DNA from: Patescibacteria group bacterium
Lineage (GTDB): Bacteria; Patescibacteriota; Patescibacteriia; SG8-24
NCBI GenBank assembly: GCA_028714475.1
Contig: JAQTNC010000002.1
Location: 14,609 to 78,608 of the forward strand
DNA length: 64,000 nucleotides
Reading direction: 5' to 3'
The notes below the pieces were generated by a model. The model saw nothing but the letters and a program-made list of their open reading frames with translations. It was not told where the DNA came from and ran no database searches. Each line of letters starts with the position of its first letter. The stretch's first letter is position 1. The position numbers were made by a program, and so were the translations under genes. This document shows, piece after piece, positions 9,053 through 18,752 of this stretch.

Positions 9053-10165
9053 ATGATTATCGGCTTACCCAAGGAGATCAAGAAGGCGGAGTATCGCGTA
9101 GCCTTGACCCCGGCCGGAGCAAGGGAACTGACGCAGTGCGGCCATGATGTTTTAGTCGAGATGGGAGCTGGCCTCGGTAGCGGTTTCCCCGACGAAGCCT
9201 ATGTTCAGGCAGGCGCGTGGATCATCACCACGCCTGGGGAGATTTTCGGCCGTTCGGAACTGGTGCTTCACGTGAAGGAGCCCCAACCTTGCGAACGGAA
9301 CCTTATTCGCGAGGGACAAGTGCTGGTCGAATACCTGCACTTGGCCGCGGATCAGGGTCTCACGGAGGCGCTCATTCGAAGTCGGTGCGTCGCCTTCGGT
9401 CTGGAGACATTCCGGGGAACCAGGGATCCGTTGCCGCTACTCACCCCGATGAGCGAAGTGGCCGGATGTCTGGCGGCCCAGCAGGCCGCGAAGTACCTCG
9501 AACGGCCGATGGGCGGACGCGGCATCCTGCTCGGCGGCGTGACCGGCGTCGAACCGGCGACCGCGGTCGTCATCGGCGGCGGTGTTGTCGGCGAGAACGC
9601 GGCGCGAAAGCTCGCCGGGTTGGGCGCGAGAGTGCACGTCCTGGACACCAACCTGGATCGACTGCGCCGTCTGCGCGAGATCATGCCGGCGAACTGCGTG
9701 ATGCTGAAGTCCGACGAGGCCACCATTCGGCGCCTGCTTCCGTTGGCTGACGCCGTCATCGGCGCGGTGCTGGTCGCTGGCGCGAAGGCACCGCGGCTCA
9801 TCACGCGGGACATGCTTTCCACCATGAAGCCCGGCTCGATTATCGTGGACGTGGCCATTGACCAGGGCGGCTGCTGCGAGACCTCACGGCCCACGACCCA
9901 CGAGAACCCGACCTATGTCGTGGACGGCGTCGTTCATTATTGCGTCGCCAACATGCCCGGCTGTGTCCCATGGAGCTCCACCATGGCGCTCACGAACGCC
10001 ACGTTGCCGTACATCCTGGCGATTGCCAATCTCGGTTGGCGCCAAGCCGCCCGCGAACGGCCCGACATCCGCGCTGGCATCAACGTCCTCAACGGTCAGA
10101 TTGTCTGCCCGGAGGTCGCTAAAGCCTTCGGTATGCCCTTTGCCAGTATCGACGATCTGCTCTAG
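9053..10165 (+). CDS. ald: Alanine dehydrogenase
   Basis: IGLPKEIK..EYRVALTP, LLTPMSEVAG, GGGVVG, DVAIDQGGC, VANMPG. Confidence 0.97.
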   Translation: MIIGLPKEIKKAEYRVALTPAGARELTQCGHDVLVEMGAGLGSGFPDEAYVQAGAWIITTPGEIFGRSELVLHVKEPQPCERNLIREGQVLVEYLHLAADQGLTEALIRSRCVAFGLETFRGTRDPLPLLTPMSEVAGCLAAQQAAKYLERPMGGRGILLGGVTGVEPATAVVIGGGVVGENAARKLAGLGARVHVLDTNLDRLRRLREIMPANCVMLKSDEATIRRLLPLADAVIGAVLVAGAKAPRLITRDMLSTMKPGSIIVDVAIDQGGCCETSRPTTHENPTYVVDGVVHYCVANMPGCVPWSSTMALTNATLPYILAIANLGWRQAARERPDIRAGINVLNGQIVCPEVAKAFGMPFASIDDLL

Positions 10166-10202
10166 TCGGCCAGCTTCCACCGAGCAGTCTCGTCCTCTCC
10201 AT

Positions 10203-10228
10203 GCCAGGCGCTATCGCCTGGCTTTTTT
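10203..10228 (+). terminator. Intrinsic terminator
   Basis: gccaggcg-ctat-cgcctggc-tttttt. Confidence 0.85.
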
Positions 10229-10263
10229 GTTTGAATTACGTTGCTGGGTCTCGTTGAACCCCC

Positions 10264-10275
10264 CAAGACCTGACC
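10264..10275 (-). repeat. GGTCAGGTCTTG repeat (reverse copy)
   Basis: caagacctgacc. Confidence 0.7.
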
Positions 10276-10367
10276 TTATTTAAGAAAGATGCCCCCACTT
10301 TCCCGGGAAAATCAGCTTCACAAATGGCCGTTATTTTGCTAAAATTAAATAGACAAAGAAACCCCTT

Positions 10368-12038
10368 ATGCCAGCGAATATCGACCTCTTTAAGAGCGAG
10401 AACATGCGTCGCACGGAAGAAAGGCAGCGGACGCGGATGTTTTATCTATTCTCCGGCATCGCCATCCCGTATCTGCTGGCATACGGCGTTTTTGATTATC
10501 TTGATGCGCGAGGAGGGGTGCATATCGTCATCGGAGCCATCGAGCACCTGCTCGCTTTTCTGCTGCTATTAAGCGTTGCCCGGTATTATAAGCACAGTCA
10601 GCTCTCTGTCCTGAAGCCCCTGATTACGGTCTTGATGATGATCATGCTTCTTGTGTCGATGTTTGACGGGGGCATATCCGGCACCGCGATATATTGGCTT
10701 TTCGTCTTCCCGCCCGCGGCTTTTTACCTGAACGGTTATAAGCCCGGCATTTTCTATAACACGCTATTTTTCGTCTGCTCGGTCGCGTACCTGCTATTGC
10801 AGCGCGCCGGCATCATCCCAGCCTTTTACTCGATGGAACAGCTTGTGCAGATGTTGTTTGTCCTGCTGCAGGTTTTCCTCATCAGTTTCGCCGCGCAATT
10901 CAACCTCGAGAAGTTCCGGGTAACCATCATCAGCCAGCGCGAGCATTTGCGCGTGCTGTTGGGCGGCTTGCCCGTTGGCATCACCATGGTCGTGGCGCCT
11001 GACGGTCGGCTTTCCACGGCCAACCCGAGCGCGGAGCGGCTGTTCGGCCGCACGATCGAACCGAACGTCAAGGCAGCCGATTTCCCCAAAACCTACCAGT
11101 TAGCCAGGGAAGACGGCACCCCGTACCCGGCGGAAGACCTGCCGCTCACCGTCGCACTCATGCGCGGCGAAAGCACGGTCAAGAACGACGTGTTCGTCAA
11201 GAGGCCTGACGGGTCGCACGCGGTGTTGCGCGTCTCGGCCGCGCCGGTCCGCGACGAGACCGGTCGCATCGTCTCCGCAGTCGCGGTCTGGGAGGACGCG
11301 ACCAAAGAGCATGAAATCAGCCGGATGAAATCGGATTTCATCTCGCTTGCCTCGCACCAGCTGCGGACGCCGCTTACTTCAATAAAGTGGTCCATCGAGA
11401 TGGCGGCCGACGAGGAGAACGGCCCGTTGTCGCAGGCTCAAAAGGAAGCGCTGGACTTCGCCCGGCGATCGACCATACGTTTGGTCCGTCTGGTCAGTGA
11501 CCTGCTGAACGTTTCGCGGATCGAACGCGGCCAAATCGCCCTGCAGCCGGAACTCACCGACCTTGATGCGCTTTGTCGCGAGGCGGTGGCGGAAATAAAC
11601 CCGACCGCCGTGGAGAAGGGTCTGGCCTTGGAGAATGAAGTTCGTGCCTTGGGTCAGGTCCGTCTCGATCCCAAACTGATATTCCAGGCCCTGCTCAACC
11701 TGTTGGCCAACGCGGTGAAATACACCCCCAAGGGCGGGCACATCGAGGTCGGCGGCCGGCGCGGAGCCAATGAGGTCGAGATGTTCGTACGCGATAGCGG
11801 CGTGGGCATTCCGGCCGAAGCGAAGGACAAGATCTTCCAGAAATTCTTCCGCGCCGACAATGTTTCCGTGGACAACGAAGGCACCGGCTTGGGACTTTAC
11901 CTGGTCAAGGCCATCATCGAATCGTCTGGCGGCCGTGTTTGGTTCGAATCGGAGGTCGGCAAAGGAACTACCTTCTGGTTCAGCCTGCCTATCAGCGGCG
12001 TCGCGGCCAAGGAGGGCAGTCGTGAATTGATTATTTAG
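10368..12038 (+). CDS. Membrane PAS sensor histidine kinase
   Basis: Multi-TM N-terminus, PAS/PAC, H-box ASHQLRTPL, NAVKY, DSGVG, GTGLGL. Confidence 0.95.
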   Translation: MPANIDLFKSENMRRTEERQRTRMFYLFSGIAIPYLLAYGVFDYLDARGGVHIVIGAIEHLLAFLLLLSVARYYKHSQLSVLKPLITVLMMIMLLVSMFDGGISGTAIYWLFVFPPAAFYLNGYKPGIFYNTLFFVCSVAYLLLQRAGIIPAFYSMEQLVQMLFVLLQVFLISFAAQFNLEKFRVTIISQREHLRVLLGGLPVGITMVVAPDGRLSTANPSAERLFGRTIEPNVKAADFPKTYQLAREDGTPYPAEDLPLTVALMRGESTVKNDVFVKRPDGSHAVLRVSAAPVRDETGRIVSAVAVWEDATKEHEISRMKSDFISLASHQLRTPLTSIKWSIEMAADEENGPLSQAQKEALDFARRSTIRLVRLVSDLLNVSRIERGQIALQPELTDLDALCREAVAEINPTAVEKGLALENEVRALGQVRLDPKLIFQALLNLLANAVKYTPKGGHIEVGGRRGANEVEMFVRDSGVGIPAEAKDKIFQKFFRADNVSVDNEGTGLGLYLVKAIIESSGGRVWFESEVGKGTTFWFSLPISGVAAKEGSRELII

Positions 12039-12059
12039 CTACTTAACGCGTAACCAGAT

Positions 12060-12488
12060 ATGGATTTAGTCAGCAAGGAGACGGGCACGGAGCCAAAAAA
12101 AATCCTCATCATCGAGGATGACGCTCCTCTATCAGCGATGGTGCAGAATAGATTCAAGCGCGAACTGTACGAGACGGTGTCTGCCTTGAACGGTAGTGAA
12201 GGATTGGATGCCGCACGGAAATACCGGCCGGACATCATCGTCCTGGATTTGCTCCTGCCGGTCATGAACGGATTCGATGTCTTGAGCGCCCTTAGGAAAG
12301 ACGAGCTGACTCGCGACATACCAGTCCTGGTTTTGAGCAACTTGAGCCGAGCCGAAGACATCCAGCGGACGCAAATGCTGGGCGCCAACGGCTATTTGGT
12401 CAAGACGGATGTCAGCCTCAAATACGTTACCGAAAAAATCAAAGACCTGCTTTCCAAAGGATCGGCGGGCCAGTCAGTCCGGACTTAG
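12060..12488 (+). CDS. Single-domain response regulator
   Basis: IIEDD, DLLLPVMNG, GYLVK. Confidence 0.93.
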   Translation: MDLVSKETGTEPKKILIIEDDAPLSAMVQNRFKRELYETVSALNGSEGLDAARKYRPDIIVLDLLLPVMNGFDVLSALRKDELTRDIPVLVLSNLSRAEDIQRTQMLGANGYLVKTDVSLKYVTEKIKDLLSKGSAGQSVRT

Positions 12489-12577
12489 GACGAGCAGCCG
12501 CTTCTAATCTTGTCGCGTTTTGCTAAAAAAATCGTGAATAACTAACGGGGGTTTAGCCCCAACGTAACGCTTAACGT

Positions 12578-13687
12578 ATGCGTGACCAAGCAGCCGGAAT
12601 ATCACGGCGTAAGACAGGATTTAAGTCATTGTTCCTCGTTGCTGCCATGATGTTGGTAGGGGCCGGCTGCATGCCGGCGAAAGAGGTCGTGGTCGCGCCG
12701 ACGCCCGAGACCAAGCCCGCCGCGCCAGCTCCGCAGCCGAAAATCGAGCCGCTCACGCTTACCTACACGCTCAAGAATTTTTTTGGCCCGAATTCGGAAT
12801 CCGGCGTGACCTTTTGGCTTGAGGAAGCGAGGAAATGCGACGGACGCGACGCTTATCTGGGCCTCATGAAAATGCAGGCCGGTCCCGGTTCAAACCAGGA
12901 CGTTTACGCGAAGGTCACCATCTATGCGGATAACGGCGAGTTGGCCAGCACAAGGTTTGTCCAGCCGGACGAGCTGGTCTTCGACGACATGATTCCCCAA
13001 TACAACGACCTGTCCATCCCGCTCACCGTCAACTTCTTTTTCGCCGCTGGCGGCAAGAATTTCAACGAGGACGCGAACTGGAACGCTTCAGCCCCGATTC
13101 TTCTGAAGCAGGTCGACACCGGCAAGCAGGTTGCCGACTACTCGGTCGTCCGTCAAGCCGGCGATGACGACACGTCCGGCATTGCCCCATGCCGAAAATT
13201 CAAGATCGTCGAGAAGAGCACGAACGGCAGTTCCACTTATGCCGTTTGCCTTAGCAAGGACGTCGGCAAGTTTAAACTGCCCTTCGTCGTTTCCATGGCC
13301 TTTGCGGGCGATGGGGGAATGCCGAGCTGGGCTTTGAAAAGCTTCTCCAGCGATAAATCCGGCGTGGATTGGGTGCCGCAGTGCTTGAAGCCGGTCAAGT
13401 GCGTCGCGCCGAAGCAATTCACCGACGTCGAACAGCGAACCTGCAACAGCAAGGGTTCGCAGATCGAACCGGTGGTTGATGACAACGGCTGCTTCACGGA
13501 GTACAAGTGCATGTCCCAGGAGGATTTGGCCGAACGGTCAATCAACAACATGCAGCGCCCCGGCTGTGGCGTGAATCCGGCCGTCAAGCAGAAGGTGGTT
13601 CAGTGCCGTAAGCAGAACATGCCGAACTTCGACACGACGCAGTATGACAACGGCGGTTGTATGCTGGATATTGTCTGTCGGCCGTAA
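12578..13687 (+). CDS. Putative lipoprotein with Cys-rich C-terminus
   Basis: Lipobox-like LVGAGC, Pro-rich linker, repeated D.NG.C....C units; start may be a later Met. Confidence 0.75.
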   Translation: MRDQAAGISRRKTGFKSLFLVAAMMLVGAGCMPAKEVVVAPTPETKPAAPAPQPKIEPLTLTYTLKNFFGPNSESGVTFWLEEARKCDGRDAYLGLMKMQAGPGSNQDVYAKVTIYADNGELASTRFVQPDELVFDDMIPQYNDLSIPLTVNFFFAAGGKNFNEDANWNASAPILLKQVDTGKQVADYSVVRQAGDDDTSGIAPCRKFKIVEKSTNGSSTYAVCLSKDVGKFKLPFVVSMAFAGDGGMPSWALKSFSSDKSGVDWVPQCLKPVKCVAPKQFTDVEQRTCNSKGSQIEPVVDDNGCFTEYKCMSQEDLAERSINNMQRPGCGVNPAVKQKVVQCRKQNMPNFDTTQYDNGGCMLDIVCRP

Positions 13688-13732
13688 TTGTACAGCGCGA
13701 TAGTCGGTTAGCCTAAACTCGTAGATGAAAAG

Positions 13733-13762
13733 GCGGGCATCGTTATCGGTGCCCGCTTTTTT
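13733..13762 (+). terminator. Intrinsic terminator
   Basis: gcgggcatcg-ttat-cggtgcccgc-tttttt. Confidence 0.85.
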
Positions 13763-13770
13763 GCATGCTT

Positions 13771-13782
13771 CGGGGTCAGGTC
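13771..13782 (+). repeat. CGGGGTCAGGTC partial repeat
   Basis: 12 nt match directly after a terminator. Confidence 0.6.
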
Positions 13783-13818
13783 GCCATTTTTGGCGCTTAG
13801 AGATATAATTCTGGACAT

Positions 13819-14181
13819 ATGTGGGAACAAATCAAGGAGTATCTTATCTATTTCGTGGTCGGCGGCGCGGTGACGGCGGCCATCGTGGGGCTGGAGAAGA
13901 CCGGCTCGCGCCTGCTCTCCGGCCTGGCGACGCTCGTGCCGGTCTTCACTCTCATCGCCTACTACTTCATCGGGGAAGCGCGCGGCGGCGTCGCGGTTTC
14001 CCAGCACGCCTGGCTGGTGCTTTTTGGCACGCTCGTATCCTGGGTGCCGTACATGATCGTGGTGGCCGTTTTGGCGCCGCGTCTTGGGCCGTCAAAGGCG
14101 ATTCCAACCGGGCTTGTAGTCTTTTCGGTGCTTGCCGTCGCGTATTTGCAGACGGTACGGCACTTCGGCTGGTTCCGCTGA
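13819..14181 (+). CDS. Small membrane protein (GlpM/DUF3147-like)
   Basis: YFVVGGAV, four hydrophobic segments; TATAAT at 13804. Confidence 0.75.
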   Translation: MWEQIKEYLIYFVVGGAVTAAIVGLEKTGSRLLSGLATLVPVFTLIAYYFIGEARGGVAVSQHAWLVLFGTLVSWVPYMIVVAVLAPRLGPSKAIPTGLVVFSVLAVAYLQTVRHFGWFR

Positions 14182-14186
14182 CACTT

Positions 14187-15401
14187 ATGAAGCCAAAGAA
14201 TTCCGTTCAGTCAGTCCGCTCGAAAATACCGCGCAACGTCATCGTGGTGGCGTTTGTCGCCCTCGCGTCCGGATTCGGCCAGGATCTGATCTCGCCGATC
14301 CTGCCGTCGTATCTCCTGCTCATCGGCGTCAGTTCGGCAGGCATCGGCCTCATTGACGGGCTCCTCCAGGGTGCGACGAACGTTTTTAGGTTCGTTTCCG
14401 GCGTGCTGTCGGATCGGCTGCGCAACCGAAAAGGGCTGGTCTTCCTTGGTTACGCACTCTCATCGGTTGCCCGCCCGCTTCTCGCAATTGCGGGGTCGTT
14501 CGGTTTTGTCGCCGCCTTGCGGATAGCCGACGGCATTGGCAAGGGGACGAAGGATGCGCCACGGGATGCGCTCGTAGCCGACTCCGCTCATGAAGGAGGG
14601 AAAGGCCGCGCTTTCGGCTTCCAGCGTCTTGTTGACACGGTAGGATCAGTCATCGGACCGCTGACGGCCGCCGCGCTGTTACTGGCGCTTGCCCCATCTC
14701 TTGGCACGTATCGGCTGATTTTCCTCCTGTCCGCCGTGCCTGGCGCCATCGCCCTCGCGCTCATCGTCTTCGGCGTACGCGAACCGGAAAAACCCGCGCC
14801 GGAGGCGGCGGTGATCCAGCGGAAATTGCCGTTGCGTTTTTGGCTTTTTGTCGTTGCGGCCACCATCGGACTGCTGACAAAAATCAACGACTCGCTTTTC
14901 CTGGTGCGGGCCAGCACGCTCGGCGTGTCCGCGACTTGGCTGCCGGTGGTGTTTGCCGGCTTCACTTTGGTTTACGCGCTGTTGTCATACCCGCTTGGGG
15001 CGTGGAGCGACCGCATCGGCAAGCCGCCGCTCATCGTGGCCGGCTGGCTCACGTTAGGCATCGTGGAACTAGGCTTCTCGTTTGATGCCCCGCTGGCACC
15101 GACGTTCGGCCTGTTCGCACTTTACGGCCTCTTTTACGCCCTCACCGAAGGTTCGGCGCGCGCGTTCATTGCTGAAATCGTACCGTCGGATGCGCGCGGC
15201 AGCGCCTTCGCCGTTTATTACACGCTGACCGGCGTTGCGGTCATTGTGGGCGGCTACGGCCTCGGCCACCTTTGGGATGTCGTTTCGTCCGACGCCGCGT
15301 TCCGAGTCGCGGCCATCGGCTCAATGGTGGCCGCCGTGTTGTTTGCCGGGCTAATTAAACGACGTCCGGAACCCGCTCAAGCACCATCCGCGTTGGTATA
15401 A
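14187..15401 (+). CDS. MFS transporter
   Basis: G.LSDRL.NRK and GAWSDRIGK motif-A loops, ~12 TM; start 14187 preferred over 13821. Confidence 0.93.
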   Translation: MKPKNSVQSVRSKIPRNVIVVAFVALASGFGQDLISPILPSYLLLIGVSSAGIGLIDGLLQGATNVFRFVSGVLSDRLRNRKGLVFLGYALSSVARPLLAIAGSFGFVAALRIADGIGKGTKDAPRDALVADSAHEGGKGRAFGFQRLVDTVGSVIGPLTAAALLLALAPSLGTYRLIFLLSAVPGAIALALIVFGVREPEKPAPEAAVIQRKLPLRFWLFVVAATIGLLTKINDSLFLVRASTLGVSATWLPVVFAGFTLVYALLSYPLGAWSDRIGKPPLIVAGWLTLGIVELGFSFDAPLAPTFGLFALYGLFYALTEGSARAFIAEIVPSDARGSAFAVYYTLTGVAVIVGGYGLGHLWDVVSSDAAFRVAAIGSMVAAVLFAGLIKRRPEPAQAPSALV

Positions 15402-15520
15402 ACGTCCGGGCGATTCGTCGGAAGACATTCGGCCTTTTGACGCGAAATCGAGTTCGTGTTAATTTCCGTTTGGCGAGCAGGTTGCCGAACATTGTTCCAG
15501 ACAAAGAAGAGGAGCCAAAC

Positions 15521-15895
15521 ATGAGAAAGTCGTTCATTTTTCTTGGCGCAGTCCTGTTGGCCGCCGCCTTGATATACCGCTGCAACCGCGATGTAGATAA
15601 CGATGCGGACACGGTCGTTCGTCCGGCGCCCTCAAGCGAGATGCCGCCACCGCAAATTGTGCCCGTTCAGCCGCCCGCGGTCGTGGCCGAGCCACCGGCC
15701 AAATCGGGGCAGGACACGGTTGGGGTTTCTCCGAAGATCGAGCCGCCCGTGTTCGACCCGCAAACGTTCCACCCGGCACCCATGCCGACCTTCAACCCGG
15801 CGCCGGTGATGACGTTCAACCCGACGCCCTTCGTGGTGCCGCCGTTCCGCACCTGGGAGCCGGTTCGTCCGCCCGTGGTACGCGGGATACCTTGA
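15521..15895 (+). CDS. Proline-rich single-TM hypothetical protein
   Basis: RBS gaggag, N-terminal TM, tandem TF(H/N)P(A/T)P repeats. Confidence 0.65.
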   Translation: MRKSFIFLGAVLLAAALIYRCNRDVDNDADTVVRPAPSSEMPPPQIVPVQPPAVVAEPPAKSGQDTVGVSPKIEPPVFDPQTFHPAPMPTFNPAPVMTFNPTPFVVPPFRTWEPVRPPVVRGIP

Positions 15896-16035
15896 AGCAA
15901 CCAGCCACGTCACGCCCACTACAGGCCGTCCGCTTGGATGGCCTGTTATATTATTAAGAATACAAAAGACGCCCTGCACAGGTTGGCAGGGCGTCAGTGC
16001 TGGCTGACCATCAGGGGATGGTGAGCGTTCGTCCT

Positions 16036-17481
16036 TCACTCGCCCAGCTGTTGGAGGAGTGGAAGGTATGGAGCCGAATCGTCCAAGGGGGAAACGACCG
16101 CGAGGTAGGCCCGGCTGGCGCTCAGCAAATCCGCGGCTACCGCCTGAACTTGGGTGGGCGTGACGGCGTCGTAGGCCGCGAAGCGTTCCGCGATTGTCCA
16201 GGTACGGCCTTCCAGTAGCAACTGCAGGCCGTAATATTGCGCCACTTCGTCCGACTTCTCGAGCGACAAGGCCAAATCGCCGCGCAGGCATGACTTGACT
16301 TTCGCGAGTTCGGCAGCTGACACCGGCTCCGTCTTGAGCCTGACCAGTTCCGAAACGATGACCTGGATGGCTTCGGCTAGGCGTTTCGTGTCCAAACCGG
16401 CGCGAATGACCAACTGGCCGGTGTGCCTAAAGGTGCTGGGGCCGGCGCTGATAGAATATGCCAAGCCGCGCTTGGTGCGGATTTCCGAGAACAGCCGCGA
16501 ACTCATGCCGCCGCCCAGGACCGTGGCCAAAATCCCTAGGGCTGGCCCTCGCGAATCGCCCCGGGCGTAAGCCGGAAAGCCGAGACGCAAGCTCACTTGC
16601 GTGGCGTCATCCTTGCGGTCCATGAGGACGTGCGGTCCCGGAATGAAAACCGGCGACGCAAAACGCGGACGACGGCGTTCGACCGGCGCGGCGCTGCCGA
16701 AGGTACGCTCCAGCATGGTCAGGGTGGCTGCTTCGTCAAACCGGCCGGCGACGGTCACAATCGTGCTGGACGGCACGAAATTCCTCTTCCAGAAACTGAC
16801 CAGGTCGGCTCGCGTGATTGCCCCGACCGTCTCGGCCGTGCCAACCACAGGGCGACCTAGGCCATCGAGAGGGAACATGAGGTGGTCGAGCGCCTCCTCG
16901 TTGCGGATGCCGACATGGTCGCGACGCATATTGATTTCATCGGTGATGGCGCCGCGCTCGATTTCCATGTCTTCGGCGCGAACGACCGAGTTCATGAGCA
17001 TATCCGCGAGGATATCCATGCCTTGTCCGAAGCCGCTCGCTTCGGCGCGGATGTAATAACCGACGTGATCCGTGCTCGTGTAGCCGTTGAAGTCCGCACC
17101 GAGGCCTTCCATCTCGCTGGTCAGGTCAGCCTGCGTCGGCCGCCTGGTCGTCCCGCGGAACATCATGTGCTCCACGAAATGCGCGATGCCTGCCTGTTCC
17201 GGGTTTTCTAGGAGCGAACCGGCATCATACAGCACCAGTACGGTCGCGGTGACGGCGCTGGGCATCTGCACGAACAGGACGCGCGTGCCGTTATCCAGCC
17301 TGAGTTTCCTGACCGCGATGTCCGCCGATTTGGCGGCCGATGCGGCTTTGTCTTGGTTGCGGTTGTCAAGGGACGTTTTTGCCGTTCCGCACAGCGTTTG
17401 CCCTTGGCCGCCACAGGCGACGAGGGCAAGGAGCAGGGCGACGAACAGCAGGACCAACTGATTGCCTAGTCGCTTTGTCAT
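16036..17481 (-). CDS. M16 family zinc peptidase with lipoprotein-like signal
   Basis: HFVEH inverzincin motif, SSRLFSEIR..RGLAY; N-terminal LVAC. Confidence 0.93.
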   Translation of the reverse strand: MTKRLGNQLVLLFVALLLALVACGGQGQTLCGTAKTSLDNRNQDKAASAAKSADIAVRKLRLDNGTRVLFVQMPSAVTATVLVLYDAGSLLENPEQAGIAHFVEHMMFRGTTRRPTQADLTSEMEGLGADFNGYTSTDHVGYYIRAEASGFGQGMDILADMLMNSVVRAEDMEIERGAITDEINMRRDHVGIRNEEALDHLMFPLDGLGRPVVGTAETVGAITRADLVSFWKRNFVPSSTIVTVAGRFDEAATLTMLERTFGSAAPVERRRPRFASPVFIPGPHVLMDRKDDATQVSLRLGFPAYARGDSRGPALGILATVLGGGMSSRLFSEIRTKRGLAYSISAGPSTFRHTGQLVIRAGLDTKRLAEAIQVIVSELVRLKTEPVSAAELAKVKSCLRGDLALSLEKSDEVAQYYGLQLLLEGRTWTIAERFAAYDAVTPTQVQAVAADLLSASRAYLAVVSPLDDSAPYLPLLQQLGE

Positions 17482-17634
17482 GATTTCACCTCAATTCACA
17501 GCAGTTCGATCAGGTTCAATTTAAACATCGCGCCCACGCAATGTCAAAAGGGAACACCGCGTCGGCGTTTGGCATCAGGTCAAAGCAGGGTATAATGAAC
17601 GCGAACTGTGCGTTGAACACATTAATGATGACTT

Positions 17635-18111
17635 ATGAAAAATGACCTCCCGAAACTGCTAATTGCCGTCGTGGTTTCCGAACTGGCCGGTGTTATTGGA
17701 GCGGTATTCACGACCCCGTCGATTCCCACCTGGTACGCGGGCCTCGTCAAGCCGGCCCTCAATCCACCCAATTGGGTTTTCGGGCCCGTTTGGACGACCT
17801 TGTTCCTGCTCATGGGCGTCGCGGCATTCTTGATTTGGCGGCAGGGCATGAAGCGCCAAGATGTCCGACATGCCTTGGAAATTTTTGGCATCCAGCTGTT
17901 GTTGAACACCTTATGGTCAATTATCTTTTTTGGGCTTCATGACCCCGGGGCGGCTCTCATCGATATTGCCGCCCTCTGGGTGGCCATCATGGGAACGATG
18001 GTGCTTTTCCATCGTGTATCCAAGCTGGCGGCTTGGCTGCTTTTGCCCTACATCCTCTGGGTCAGTTTCGCGGGTTATCTTAATTATTCGATTTGGACAC
18101 TAAACTTATGA
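17635..18111 (+). CDS. tspO: TspO/MBR tryptophan-rich sensory protein
   Basis: WY..L.KP...PPNWVFGPVW, LLPYILWVSFA..LN. Confidence 0.95.
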   Translation: MKNDLPKLLIAVVVSELAGVIGAVFTTPSIPTWYAGLVKPALNPPNWVFGPVWTTLFLLMGVAAFLIWRQGMKRQDVRHALEIFGIQLLLNTLWSIIFFGLHDPGAALIDIAALWVAIMGTMVLFHRVSKLAAWLLLPYILWVSFAGYLNYSIWTLNL

Positions 18112-18662
18112 TGTACACGCGCGATGGCGACAAGGGAACAACCAGCACGTTTGGCTGTTGTCAGCGGGTGTCCAAGAGCTCGGTCGTAGCCGAGGCGCTT
18201 GGCGCTCTTGACGAGGCCAACTCATTCATCGGGCTTTGCCGGTCCAAGGCTGACGCCTCATCGTTGTTGATTGCCAGCCGGAATTTTTCTTCCGTGTTGC
18301 TTGACGCACAGGATTCGTTGTTCGTTGTCCAGGCCGAGGTCGCGGGAACGGAAGGCAAGACCGTGAAGGCGGAGGGCGTGAAAGCGCTTGAGGAAATCAC
18401 AGACGCCATCGAAAAGGAGTTGCCGCCCATCAGGAATTTCGTCGTGCCCGGAGCGACGGAATACGGCGCGCTCCTGGATGTTGCCCGCGCCGTCGCGCGG
18501 CGGGCGGAAAGACGCGTGGTGGCGATGGGCGACAGCGGCGACCGCCGGGTCAGCGAGCAAACGCTCGCATACCTGAACCGCCTGTCATCGCTCTTGTACG
18601 CGCTCGCCAGGCTCGCGAATCATCGCGCCGGCGTATCGGAACAGCCGCCGAGTTATAAATAA
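18108..18662 (+). CDS. PduO-type ATP:cob(I)alamin adenosyltransferase
   Basis: YTRDGDKGTT, GALDEANS, RRAER, YLNRLS. Confidence 0.92.
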   Translation: MMYTRDGDKGTTSTFGCCQRVSKSSVVAEALGALDEANSFIGLCRSKADASSLLIASRNFSSVLLDAQDSLFVVQAEVAGTEGKTVKAEGVKALEEITDAIEKELPPIRNFVVPGATEYGALLDVARAVARRAERRVVAMGDSGDRRVSEQTLAYLNRLSSLLYALARLANHRAGVSEQPPSYK

Positions 18663-18752
18663 GGCCGTGGTAACTTGAGTTTTCGGGAGGCATAGGCGAT
18701 AATGTCAGCTAGCCGCTCTCGCAGACTCGTGTTCCAAAAAACGGTTTTTCTT

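Noticed and set aside
31-13782. CRISPR array or classical integron attC array
   Set aside because: Repeats are kilobases apart in mixed orientation; no cas or intI genes, and no attC-type core sites noticed
13821-14186. N-terminal extension of the MFS ORF
   Set aside because: Overlaps the real 13819-14181 gene; MFS homology starts near 14187
15760-15830. Tandem DNA repeat
   Set aside because: Encodes the Pro-rich peptide repeats of the CDS; not a separate element
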